In this document: one piece after another, positions 24,425-35,900 of the stretch
Layout: each line of letters starts with the position of its first letter
Numbering within the stretch: the first letter of the stretch is position 1
NCBI GenBank assembly: GCA_020891255.1
Contig: BQFW01000013.1
Location: 1,550,001-1,614,000 of the forward strand
DNA from: Entomortierella parvispora E1425
Lineage: Eukaryota > Fungi > Mortierellomycota
Length of the DNA: 64,000 bases
Direction: 5' to 3'
Translations under genes and position numbers: made by a program
The notes under the pieces: model-generated
What the model was told of the DNA's origin: nothing
Seen by the model: the letters and a program-made list of their open reading frames with translations, nothing else
The model's database searches: none

Positions 24425-27400
24425 ATGCTGCCAACCCGTGCGCAGCGAAATCTGGCCATTCAGTCTCCTCCAACACCACCTAACCTGCCTCCACCTCTGG
24501 CCGCAAGCTCTGCTTCTTCTGCTACTGTCCCAGTCTCTGCAACAACCGGCTTCAGTGCACCCAGACAAAGTCGCTCCACTCCCCAGCACCAGACTGCAGA
24601 AACTGATACCATCATGGTCCTGCGTTCACACCACTCGGACCCGCATGGCCAAGCGTCCACGGGTAGCACAAAGAGCAATCCTGGCCACAGCACTCAAGGT
24701 CATGGTCGCAGACACAACGCCCCTGGAACACGCAAGGCGTCGTCGTCGTCATTGTCTTCCTCTGCTGCCGAATTGCCTTCGGCCACAGCGACCTCGACTG
24801 CCCGAAAGCCCACCTCGACAACATTTTCGCTTGCCCCCATGACGACCACGACCGTGGTGACAACGACAACTACGACATCGACCGAATACCCACCACTCTT
24901 TTTCAGCCCTCCCCCGATACCCGCCCATCTTGACCCCAAGGTCTTTCCCCTGGCTGACACCCCCACACCACCTGCTCTAAAAAAGTTTTGCTTTGACCTC
25001 AACGGTCAGCCGACCTTTTTCCGCGAGAACCAAGATGGCGAAAAGACCATGGACCAGGTAATTTTCTATTATTCATTTGCTGCTTCTTGATATTTTTATG
25101 ATTGTTGTTTGGATGAATATATGAACAGGGATACCCTTTCTCTTCATTCCATTTGGACAACGATCAATGGCCCTAATAATATCATCCAACTGTGGCTCAT
25201 GTGGATCCCGTTTATTTATTTTTTTGTTCATTTGTATGCCTGTATGCGTATAGCTCGAGGATGCGCTCTACAACCTCAGTGCCTCGGCTCACCAGCGGGC
25301 ACTCAAGTCCATGTCTGAGCAGGCAACAAAGTCCCAGTCTAACAGGAGTCGTTCACAGGCGTCAGTGGCCAGAGACAAGTCCAAGACGGACGACAGTACA
25401 GGAACAGGACCTGAACAGACTATGACCACCGTTGCTCGTACGGCTGCCAATCATCCTCAGCAAAATAGCCTCTCGCCTCACGTTGCCTGGAGGTCGCATG
25501 AGCGGTGTCGCGCAAAGAAACGTCCAGCATCGCCCATTACCCCCGTTGGCGTGACCGATGTCTCGGTCCCTTCATCCGCTGGCATGGCTGGATCGCCGAG
25601 CACTTCCTCATCATTATCGCTCTCCCATCCTGCCTCAGTTCAAAGAGCAATGGATGAGGTCTCTTCTTCGTTCGTGGGTCGATCTTCGCCTCCCCATAAA
25701 AAGTCAAAGAGACCCTGGACTAGTTCGTACCCCGTACCAGAGGCGTCCGAGGATAATCGACAAGCCGCGACCCAGAAGACTTCTACGAACCGGAAATTAC
25801 CTTCTTCAACCTCTGCCCCTTCGCTCGCAGAATTTGCTACGCCGGCGCTCCCCTCTCGTACGAGGACACTTGAGCGTGCCCGAGAGCATAACATCCACAT
25901 GTCTCGACTTTCTCCGCTGGTAGATCCATCCAGCTTGCCCTCGCCATCTCTTTCGCCAACGACAGCGTCTCAAAACAACAGTCACTCAATTATACAACAT
26001 GGTGCTGATGGAACGGTGACTCGGCGACGCTTCCGAACAGCACCAACATCATTTCACCCCGCGCAGGATCGTGAGGAAGAAGGGCATGTCTTGGATAGGG
26101 GCGATCATGAGTTGCACGGACACCAGGAGGGTGAGGACGAAGATGAGGACGAAGAGGCCGCCCACTACATGAGTGACGACGGAGGAGAAGAAGAGCAAGA
26201 CTTGGAGGCAGACGAGGAAATGGATGTGGAGCGGTCTTTGCAGCAAGCTGGACTTACCCATGTACCGACACTACTCGACCTTCCCAATTTGATTGCCACA
26301 TTTGACGCCCTTCCGTCCAGTCTCCAGTCCTACATGCTTTTTCACCTTCTCCGAAGAAGTCCTGCCCCGACATTGCAGTTCGTTAGCTCGGTGATCCTAG
26401 CCACGATGAAGCAGGACTTTCTTTCATTGTTGCCTGTGGAGCTTAGCAGGAACGTACTTCGTTTCTTGGACGGAAAGAGTCTTTGCAAGGCGGCTCAAGT
26501 CAGCAAGCAATGGCGAATCGTAGTCGACTCGGATGCTCACATATGGATGCACCAATTCCAAAAGGAGGGATTTGTGCTCGATGATCGAGAAGAGGAAGAA
26601 GCTTTTGCGCAGAGACTGGGCATTGATGGCCACTATGGTGTGCGTCCGAGTTACCAAGATAGGAAGCTTCTAGCGAAGCGACGTCTTGCTAAAGGCAAGG
26701 GACGTTCTAGTCAAGCCGTCATTCGGGCCTCGGACTTGCCTGAATCACCCATCTATCCGAATGATGTGACCATGCTTGGAGAAGACGAGGTTGAAGGACC
26801 CATTCAACCGCTCTCCTTGCACAGGGGACGCGAGTCAAGGAACCAAGAGTGGGACAGCGACACCGCAGAGGACGACGGTCAGAACAAGGACGAGAGTTTT
26901 ATGACACCCGATGCTGTACCGCCGTCGCCCACAACAAGTCACACTGGACGTTTTAACGACGCAGACTCTGAGGATGAGCTAATGGAGCAGGACTTGGTAG
27001 AAGAGCCGTTTGGGCCCATGGCACCCTCTACTACCCACCCCTTTAAAGCACTCTACCGCCGACACTGGATCATTCGACAGAACTGGAGAAAGGGCAGGGC
27101 AAAGTACATCCAGTTTAAGGGACATATCGACAAGGTGGTGACGTGTCTCCAGTTTGATTCCGAAAAGATTATTTCTGGATACGATGACATGTCGATTCAC
27201 GTCTACGATACTGCAACCGGAAATCGACTCAAGCAGCTGGTCGGCCACGAGGGTGGTGTCTGGGCTCTTCAATACCATGGAAATACTCTTGTCTCTGGTG
27301 CCACGGATCGTACCGTGCGTGTCTGGGACATTGAAAAGGGCATCTGCACACACACCTTCAGAGGTCACAGCTCGACTGTCCGATGCCTCCAGATTGTCAT

Positions 27401-28547
27401 GCCCGTGAATGTCAACAAGGACCCCAATGGAGTTCCAAAATACGAGCCAGAATTCCCCGTAATTGTGACAGGGTCTCGGGACTCTACCCTCTTGGTCTGG
27501 CGACTTCCCGACCCCGAACTCAACGGCCATATCTCTCCAACAGATGGATCCTGGCTCCTGCACTCTCTTGTAGGACACACATTATCGGTCCGTGCTTTGG
27601 CTGCTGAGGGCAGCACTTTGGTCTCTGGCTCATACGATTGCACGGTGCGTGTTTGGAACATTTGCACTGGAGCTCTTGTTCATCGACTTCAGGGTCATAC
27701 CCAAAAAGTCTACTCGATCGTCCTCGATCGCGAGCGAAACCAGTGTATGAGTGGCAGTATGGATGCTGTCGTTCGCATCTGGTCGTTGGAGGATGGCACT
27801 TGCCTCCATATGCTTGAAGGTAAGAAGTTGTTTTGACCGTGGTGGATACTGTCTTCAAAATGTTGAATATTATAAATCTGACAATGGTATCCCTTTTCGT
27901 TTTATTCATTTAGGTCATGCATCGCTTGTGGGCCTGTTGGGTTTGAATGCAGGTCACCTTGTCTCTGCAGCGGCCGACTTTACGGTCCGAGTTTGGGATC
28001 CTGAGCGTGGAGTCTGCTTACGGATTTTGACTGGTCATCAAGCTGCGATCACCTGCTTCCAGCACGACGCCAACAAGGTCATTTCTGGATCCGATGGAAA
28101 TCTCAAGATGTGGGATTTCAAGACTGGCAAATTTATCCGCAACCTGCTCACGGGCTTGGCCAGCGTTTGGCAAGTCAAGTTTGACGAGAGACGTTGCGTG
28201 GCAGCTGTCAAGCGTGTGGAGCCAAATGGTTCACCGGATGGCGCCACCTACTTTGAGGTACGAATTGCTTGTTACTTTTTGGCCTTTTTTTTTTTTTCAG
28301 GTTTGATTTTCCGATGCTGTAGAATCTCATTTTTGCATTATTATTTTTGTATTCATCTCTTGTCTTAATTAGGTCCTTGACTATGGTGTCTATGGAATCG
28401 TAGAGCCTTTGGAGAATGCACCCATGTTGCCACTGGAGGACAGTGTGGACAATCTCCCTGGAGAAGGTGGGGCTGGAGCAGAAGGAGGGCCCGCAGCACA
28501 AGCACAAGGTCATGCCCCAGCAGAGGTTGCAGCAGTGGGTGGTCCAT
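24425..28547 (+). CDS. CDC4: SCF F-box/WD40 substrate receptor Cdc4/Fbw7
   Basis: Exon 1 (…FPLADTPTPPALKKFCFDLNG…) splices into the 841-aa ORF. Contains a D-domain, F-box DFLSLLPVELSRNVLRFLD and multiple GH…WD repeats. Final exons lie at ~27915-28257 and ~28373-28547 (FEV|LDYG). Confidence 0.92.
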
Positions 28548-28654
28548 GATGAGGAAGCACCCCCATTATTTCACTTTGCAGCCGTTCTTGTAGCATATGT
28601 TTTTTTTTTTTGCTATGTAAAATTCTTACTTTTTTCCAAGAAAAAAAAAACTAT

Positions 28655-30206
28655 TTATTCCCAATAATGAGGGTGAGGAGGAGGGGGGTGGGATCCTGCT
28701 TGACTGGCAAGTCGTCTCAGATTGTCAGAGGCTCTTGGAGCGTTTGATGTAGTTGGTTGTGGGGAGGCGATGGCGATGGCGACGGCGTTCTGATTTGTAG
28801 GAGGCCATTGTCCTGTGGTGGTTTGACTTTTTCTAATGCTGCTACTGCTGCTGCTAGTATAGCTCGCCAGAGAATCGAGTGAGGCTTGATCACGACCCAC
28901 TTTGTGTAAAGGCGAAGAAGATGAAGAAGATGATGAAGCAGTAAAGGCAGACAGGGTGGCGCCCGTGGAGTTTGAGGCGAGAGCCATGCTGGGACTGGCT
29001 TTGGGGATGGAGAAGGTCGGAGCAAGCGAGACCAGTGCTGGAGAACGTGAACGGGCCGCGCCTGTGGGTGCAAGATAATATTGAGACGAGGCTCCAGCTG
29101 CCGAGCTTTGGCCCTGCCCATGTCCATGTCCTTGTCCTTGACCGCCGAGCAAAGCGAGCCCCGAGGGTTGTTTGAAGTTTGGGGGATCAGATAAATGGGA
29201 CGCAGTGCCCTGGTGTAAAAAGTGGTGAAGCGTTGGGTATGTAACAGGGTCCAGATATGGCCAAGGAGATGAGTCAGGTTCTTCTCCACTAGGGTCTTCG
29301 GGTGTTGGAGGTAAATGCCTCGAGACGTCTTGTAGTTTTTGAAGAGTGTTGGCGAGGAGCGCCTTTGTAACATCGGCTTGTTTCGCCAATGCGTGGACTA
29401 TTTTTTTTTTTTTTTTTTTGGTGAGAAAGTGAAAGAATGGGTGTTAATAGCCTAAGACCGAATATACACTATTGCTTGGGACTTTATTCCTCGTCCTTGT
29501 TATACCTGATAGTAATTGGTCCGCATGGCTCTTTGCTTGTTGTTGAACAGCGATCAGATCATGAACCGCCTCTGCTGTATAGTCGTCCAATGTCTTCATC
29601 CTTAGAGCGAGGGAGCGTTGATAGGCTTGGATATCAAGAGCACATTTCTTGCTATGAGTGTTCATCTGGATCAAGATATCGACCAGCACGTTGGGATTAA
29701 AGGCTACTTCGGCCGTATCTGTAACAGAGAAACCGATTAGAAAAGAAAAAATAACATAAAAAAAGAGCGGTCAGTTCTAGAGAAGATCTAAGCTCTTCGT
29801 ATTTACCTCGTTTGGGACCTTGAGACGTGGACAAGGCGCCAAAGACGCTGGATAATGAAAAGTGGGAGGGAGTCTCGGGTACGACCAATGGTTCAAACTA
29901 TCACGCAATGTCACGGTTGATAAAAGCAAGATCAGCTACAGGCGCGCAGATCCGAGGGAAGAATCCTTCCGATAGTCCTTGGTCATTGCGAATTCAATCC
30001 CTGTTGTTACCCTTGGTAGCGCCCGGAGAGCCTGCAGCATCTCATCCTCGGCTTGAGCCTCTTGTCCACTCACTGTGACGATGCCGTGGTACTATGGTGG
30101 AATGGAAAAAAGAAGCCCCATCAATGCTGGAAATGTAAGCGAGCATGGACTGGATATACGCAAAAATTCCTCTTGTCCCCATGCGCTTTACATTCTCCTG
30201 TTCCAT
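28655..30206 (-). CDS. BORCS5 (myrlysin/LOH12CR1)-like BORC subunit with disordered C-terminal tail
   Basis: Phase-consistent exons 30206-30192, 30091-30011, 29897-29807, 29718-29506, 29397-28655 give HGIVTV…DEMLQALRALPRFEPLV…LVDILIQMNTHSKKCALDIQAYQRSLALRMKTLD…LQDVSRHLP. This is collinear with BORCS5 as I recall it (DDIVVV…LQEIPTFQPLL…[27 protein letters not shown]). Confidence 0.65.
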
Positions 30207-30617
30207 GTTTCCTATGCTAGCTTGTCTTGTTGTCCATGAAGAGCTAAGTTGAGGCATGCATGGGCTGTCATCTTCAAGGACGAAACGCGGTTTGCTCCAC
30301 GTGACATTTTTTGTGCATTCATTTGACAAAATCTCGATCCCATGCATGACTTCACAAAGCTAATCGACTCCATTACCGTTGCTTCCTCTTCACTTTTCGC
30401 CCACTTTCGCTCTAGCTACATCATGGATACAATTTGTTCTATTGTCAGATTTTTATTATTGAATGTTGTTATGTACAAATAGTGGGTGTTTGTTTGGTCT
30501 TTGGACTAGTGAAAGTGACCAACTAGAACAAAAGAAATTGCGCAACGAAGCGGCCGCAAGGTATGTATGTAATACAGGGTTGTTGGTTTTTCTTGGTTAA
30601 TAGACTCGAGGAGGTCT

Positions 30618-31019
30618 TTACATCTCCTGGGAAGCGGCACCACCCTTCTTGGTCTTCTTGGGCAAGAGAGAGTCGTGGATGTTGGGGAGGACACCACCCT
30701 GGGCGATGGTGACATGTCCGAGCAACTTGTTCAACTCCTCATCGTTACGGATGGCCAACTGCAAGTGGCGGGGAATGATACGAGACTTCTTGTTATCGCG
30801 AGCGGCGTTACCAGCCAACTCGAGAATCTCAGCGGCCAAGTACTCGAGGACGGCAGCGAGGTAGACGGGGGCACCAGCACCGACACGCTGGGCATAGTTA
30901 CCCTTGCGCAAGTGACGGTGGATACGACCGACGGGGAACTGAAGACCGGCCTTGGAAGAGCGGGAGGTCGAGTTCTTGGAAGCCGAAGCAGACTTGCCAC
31001 CGGATTTGCCGCCAGACAT
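30618..31019 (-). CDS. HTA1: Histone H2A (intronless, C-terminal SQEM phosphorylation motif)
   Basis: 133-aa sequence [17 protein letters not shown]…[10 protein letters not shown]…ASQEM. Confidence 0.99.
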   Translation of the reverse strand: MSGGKSGGKSASASKNSTSRSSKAGLQFPVGRIHRHLRKGNYAQRVGAGAPVYLAAVLEYLAAEILELAGNAARDNKKSRIIPRHLQLAIRNDEELNKLLGHVTIAQGGVLPNIHDSLLPKKTKKGGAASQEM

Positions 31020-31635
31020 TGTGATGTTGTTTGTTGAGGGAGTTGAAGTGAGGGGAGAAAGGAGAATGAAGACCGAAAAGTCGTTCGAGAGAGAGAGATA
31101 TAGGTGAGGGAAGAGAAAAGGAAAAGAGAAAAAAAAAACTGGATCTGGGGGATGGATCGAGGTTGGTCCTTTTATATGAGCCTGCGACAGGAGGGCACGC
31201 GTTGCGAGGGAGGCAAGGGGGAAAACAAAGCACAAAAAAAAATTGGAGGCAAGGAGCCAAGTGTCGAATTGACACTTTCTCAATTGGGCGAAATTGGTGA
31301 AAAAATCCAAAATCGAAACAACGAAAACAATTTTGGGTCCATGGCCCAAAAAGTTAACGGCGGGCAGCGGACTTAAGCTAACACCTTCCCGTAAGTGCAC
31401 GCGTTTTGGTGTCCCAAATCGAAAACACACCAAAAAAACACCACCGCCCTGTTGTCTGTTTTCATTTTTCTTTTTGGGTTTCCCTCCCCTCCCTGACAGA
31501 TTGGGTCTGAATTGAGCGCGCGGCCTGGTATATAAGAGCCGACTTGTTGGCCATCTCCCCCCCCCTTCTTTTTTTTCTCTTACGATACCAACTCTCATCA
31601 AACCTCTCACCCCCTCGCCACCTCTATAATCAAAC
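31020..31635. promoter_or_regulatory. Divergent H2A/H2B promoter
   Basis: TATA-like tttatat (~31171) and tatataa (~31529). ACGCGT at 31197 and 31399. 11-mers TAAGTGCACGC (31392) and GTGTCCCAAAT (31409) are shared with the H4/H3 spacer. Confidence 0.75.
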
Positions 31636-32046
31636 ATGCCACCAAAAGCCGTTGCCGAGAAGAAGCCCTCCACCGGAGGCAAGGCTCCCGCCAAGACTTC
31701 CGCCTCTGCTGAGAAGAAGGAGCGCAAGTCCAAGGCCGAGGGCGGCAAGGGACGCAAGAAGACTCGTTCCGAGACTTACTCTTCCTACATCTACAAGGTC
31801 TTGAAGCAGGTCCACCCCGACACCGGTATCTCCAACAAGGCCATGTCCATCTTGAACTCCTTCGTCAACGATATCTTTGAGCGTATCGCCGGTGAGGCCT
31901 CCAAGCTCGCTGCCTACAACAAGCGCTCCACCATCTCCTCCCGCGAGATCCAGACCGCCGTCCGTCTCATCCTCCCCGGTGAGTTGGCCAAGCACGCCGT
32001 CTCTGAGGGTACCAAGGCCGTCACCAAGTACACCTCCTCCAAGTAA
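31636..32046 (+). CDS. HTB1: Histone H2B (intronless)
   Basis: 136-aa ORF with [40 protein letters not shown]…AVTKYTSSK. Confidence 0.99.
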   Translation: MPPKAVAEKKPSTGGKAPAKTSASAEKKERKSKAEGGKGRKKTRSETYSSYIYKVLKQVHPDTGISNKAMSILNSFVNDIFERIAGEASKLAAYNKRSTISSREIQTAVRLILPGELAKHAVSEGTKAVTKYTSSK

Positions 32047-32918
32047 ACGGTCTTCGGTGGATAGTAGTGAAAGAACAGTGACTCTTTTGGCCCGTCGAGT
32101 TCAACTGGAAGACCAGGATCATCAATCAACTTTGGATTCTGGATTTCAATTGCATACTTCGAGCTCTCTTTGTCGACCTTTGATCACCCAATCCTTCCTC
32201 CCTCAACATCACCCTCCCTTGCTTGGTGGGTTCTTGAACGACCAATCTGTTTTATAGTCCTTGATCCCTTCTCCTCGCTCGTTTTGTAATAAGTTCAAGT
32301 CACCCGTGGTGCGTCTTTTTTTCTTTTTTTCTTGTCGGCAGGAGGGAAACATTTCTATTTTTTTTCCCTTTTTGACCTTCAATACCAAATTCAAACTAGA
32401 ACACCACTCCAATTGTAATCATAGCTCCCCGTTTTCTTTCTGTAGAAACATTAAAACAAATCAAAGAAACAAATAACCTGATCTCTTGGGCGAAGCAAAA
32501 TGGCGGGAAAGAGGCAAGAAACGCCCTGAACACCATGGGTGCTTTGAAGTGGTTGAAAAAAAAAGATTCCAACTTGAACATTTGTCACGGTACGAAAAAT
32601 AATCGCATGGGCTGCGACTGAACTTGAACGTTGCAGGATTCCTTTTTTTTGGACGCTTCATCGCATGGTTCCAGGAAACACGAAACCTCCCTCTTTTGTT
32701 TCTCCACCAAACTGGACACATCACCTCGACTTTTTTTTGACCTCGGCCTCCTCCTCCATCTCGGCGCGTCTACTCCCGACATTTAAGGAAAGGGCTCAAA
32801 GTCAGTCAAAATCTCTTTTTCTCCATTGAGCTGCTCACGGAAAAGAAAGCACACAACACAAAAAAGAGGCGCGCGTGTGGCACGCTCCAGGGCATTTGAC
32901 GCAGAGGCAACTTGACCA

Positions 32919-35900
32919 ATGACCAAGAAGTCGGGTCCTTCTGGAGACGAGATGGACGTCCCGGACAAGGACGAGTCTCGCACTTTTACGCTACCGCTAC
33001 TGTCGGATTCCTTGGAATGGACACAGTCCATTACCGAGGAGTCAATCACGTCCTTCACCACCACATCTAAGCCTGCGCATGGATGGCCAGAATCCCGTCG
33101 TGGTTGGAGTCGCTCTAGAGAGAGGAACATGGACAGAGATGGGGATAGATACAGAGACAGGTATAGGGACAGGAGTAGGGACAGGGGCAGAGACAGGGGC
33201 AGGGACAGGAGCAGGGACAGGGAAAGCTATTACAACGGTGGTGGTAGTGGTGGTGGTGGTGGTGGTAGCAACTACAGACACCACTACAGGCACAGAAGCA
33301 CCAGCAGCAGCGGCAGTAATCGCAGCCAGAGGAGCTATCGGATCCCTGATCACCAAAGAAGCATCAGTGGTACCTCGGCCCCTGCAGCGATCCACGCCTA
33401 TCCGTCTCGTCACCCCACTGTAGGTTCTACTTGAAGAAAAGGAGATGTTGAAGGAGGAGGACACACGATACTAAGGCTTTTGTTACCCTTTTTTTTTTTT
33501 GTTTCAGCAGCACAGCAGCAGCAGGTCGATAGATATGACCCACCCAAGACCAGTGGCGGCGATTCCGCCAGTGCATGGACGTACCCGCGTCTCGGAGCCA
33601 AGAGATCAAGATCCAACAGCATTACCGCCGCCACCACCTCCCCCTCCTCCACCTCCACCACCACCGCCTCCACGACCACCAGTGTTACCAGTCCTGCCGA
33701 TACTGCCTGTACCGTCAACACAATCAGCAAAACCAGGACCGCTAGTATTACCAGGACAGCCACCAGTGTTGCCAGGACAGCCGCCAGTGTTGCCAGGACA
33801 ACCACCAGTGTTGCCAGGACAACCACCAGTGTTGCCAGGACAACCTCCAGTACTGCCAGGACAGCCGCCAGTGTTGCCTGGACAACCAGCAGTGCCGCCA
33901 GGACAACCAGCAGTGCCGCCAGCACAACCGCTTGTATTGCCAGGACAGCCGCCAGTGTTGCCAGGACAGCCGCCAGTGTTGCCTGGACAACCACCAGTAT
34001 TGCCAGGACAGCTGCCAGTGTTGCCAAAACAGTCGCCAGTGTTACCAAGACAGTCTCCAGTATTGCCAGAACAGTCTCCAGTATTGCCAGAGCAGTCTCC
34101 AGTATTGCAAGAACAGTCTCCAGTATTGCAAGAACAGTCTCCAGTATTGCCAGAGCAGTCGCCAGTGTTGCCCGAACAACCACCAGTATTACCATCCCCA
34201 CCAGCTCCATCCCAACCAGTTCCACCAGCCCCACCAGTATTACCGGAACCACCCAAGTCACCAGTGCTATCGACGTCGCTAGGACCACAGGGACTGACTC
34301 TGCCCACAATGGATGACGAGAGCGAATACACACTGGTCTACCCGACACACGCTTGGGGCCAAGGTAATTATACACGGAAACAAATTCCAGCCTCCAAGCG
34401 ATTGATTACCTCGATTATGGAAAGGCAGATCCAGAGTTCAGATGAGGATATGAGCGATCCCATGTCTCCACCACGAAAGAGTCAAAGGACCTCAACTCGT
34501 GATGTGGATTATTCGCTTCGCAAAATGAGTTCGGCGTCGTTGATCCGCAAGGACTCGGGCGGAAAATCCAGCCGAACCACTGAGCAGGTAATGCACCTTT
34601 ACTACTCTTGTTGCTTGAAACAGAGCAGACAAAAAGATATTTTCTTATTAACATTATACCCGTTTTTATTCACATAGTCCCCAATCCGTCGGGTGAGATC
34701 TCATAAGAGACAGCCTTCATCGGTATCGACAGGTTCCATGGATAGCGGTAAACTGAACGAGACTCCCTCTCGAGCCACCAGTTCGGATCGCTCAGCCAGC
34801 GAAACAACGCTTATTCCCGTCACTATCGCCTCTGTCAGCACTTCAAGCACAGCTACCCTGTCCTCCAATACTGCCGTCGTCAATACGACCTCCCACTCCA
34901 GCAACAATACCCGTTCCATCAATGACAATGACTCAATGGACAGCACAGACTTTATTGACATTATGGAAACTTCGAACAGTGCGGATTTCATTGACATTAT
35001 GGAGACGTCGGATATTATGGAAACTTCCGACGTTATGGATACTACGGACAACACTTCAATGGCTATCGTACCAGAGACAACCCGTGCCGGTCCAAAGAAG
35101 AGACCGGCTGGACCGGTGGAACGCCTCGACTATGTGCTGATCCCGGTGATGAGAAAACCTGCCCCCAAATCTGCAGCGGAAAGCTCTAGGCCAAGTACTC
35201 CAATTATGATTGAACCTGAGGACGTCAAGATGGAAGACGATGTTCGGATAGCAGATGTTCCTATGGAGGATGCTTCTTCATTTGACAAGACCCGCACCCA
35301 AGAGAAGGGGAAGACCCCTGTTCGAGATGTGTTGATTGTCGAAGATGAGGTGACTCTTATTGAGCAGGAGGATGAGCCATCTATTCATCAGGAGGACGAA
35401 ATTCAGCAGCTGGATGAAGTCCCCAGGGACGACACCTCCGTGCAGCAGGAAGACCAGGTCCCGATTCAACAGAAAGACGACCCCATTCTGCAGGAAGACG
35501 AAATTCTTATTCAGCAGGAAATCGAAATACCCACTCAGCAGGAAGACGGAACTCTTCGAGAGAAAGATAGGACGCCAGTTCAGGAAAAGCAGAAGACCCC
35601 TATCCAAGAAGAGGAACCCTCTGTTCAGCGGAACAAAAATACACGCGCTCAACAGAAAGTCAAGACACCTGTCCCAGAGAATCCAAGGACTTCTACTCGA
35701 CTGAACACCCGCAGTCAGCAGAAAAACAAGACTCCTGTACAAGAGAAAGAGAAGACCCCTGAGATTGAGGTTGTGGAGAAGCGAAGAACCCGCTCAGCAA
35801 ATAACACGGGATCTGCCTCTGCTTTGAAGTCGGGCCCTCAACCCAAGGATGTGCAAGACAAGTCAAGGGCGGTTCAAAAGAAGTCTCCACCTACCAAGCC

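Noticed and set aside
33410-34375. 21-bp array as a CRISPR, and its open antisense and alternative frames (VLATLAA, TAASVAR, GNTGGCP) as overlapping genes
   Set aside because: The units are contiguous with no unique spacers and vary mainly at codon third positions of the PVLPGQP frame. The other frames are open only because the unit lacks stops.
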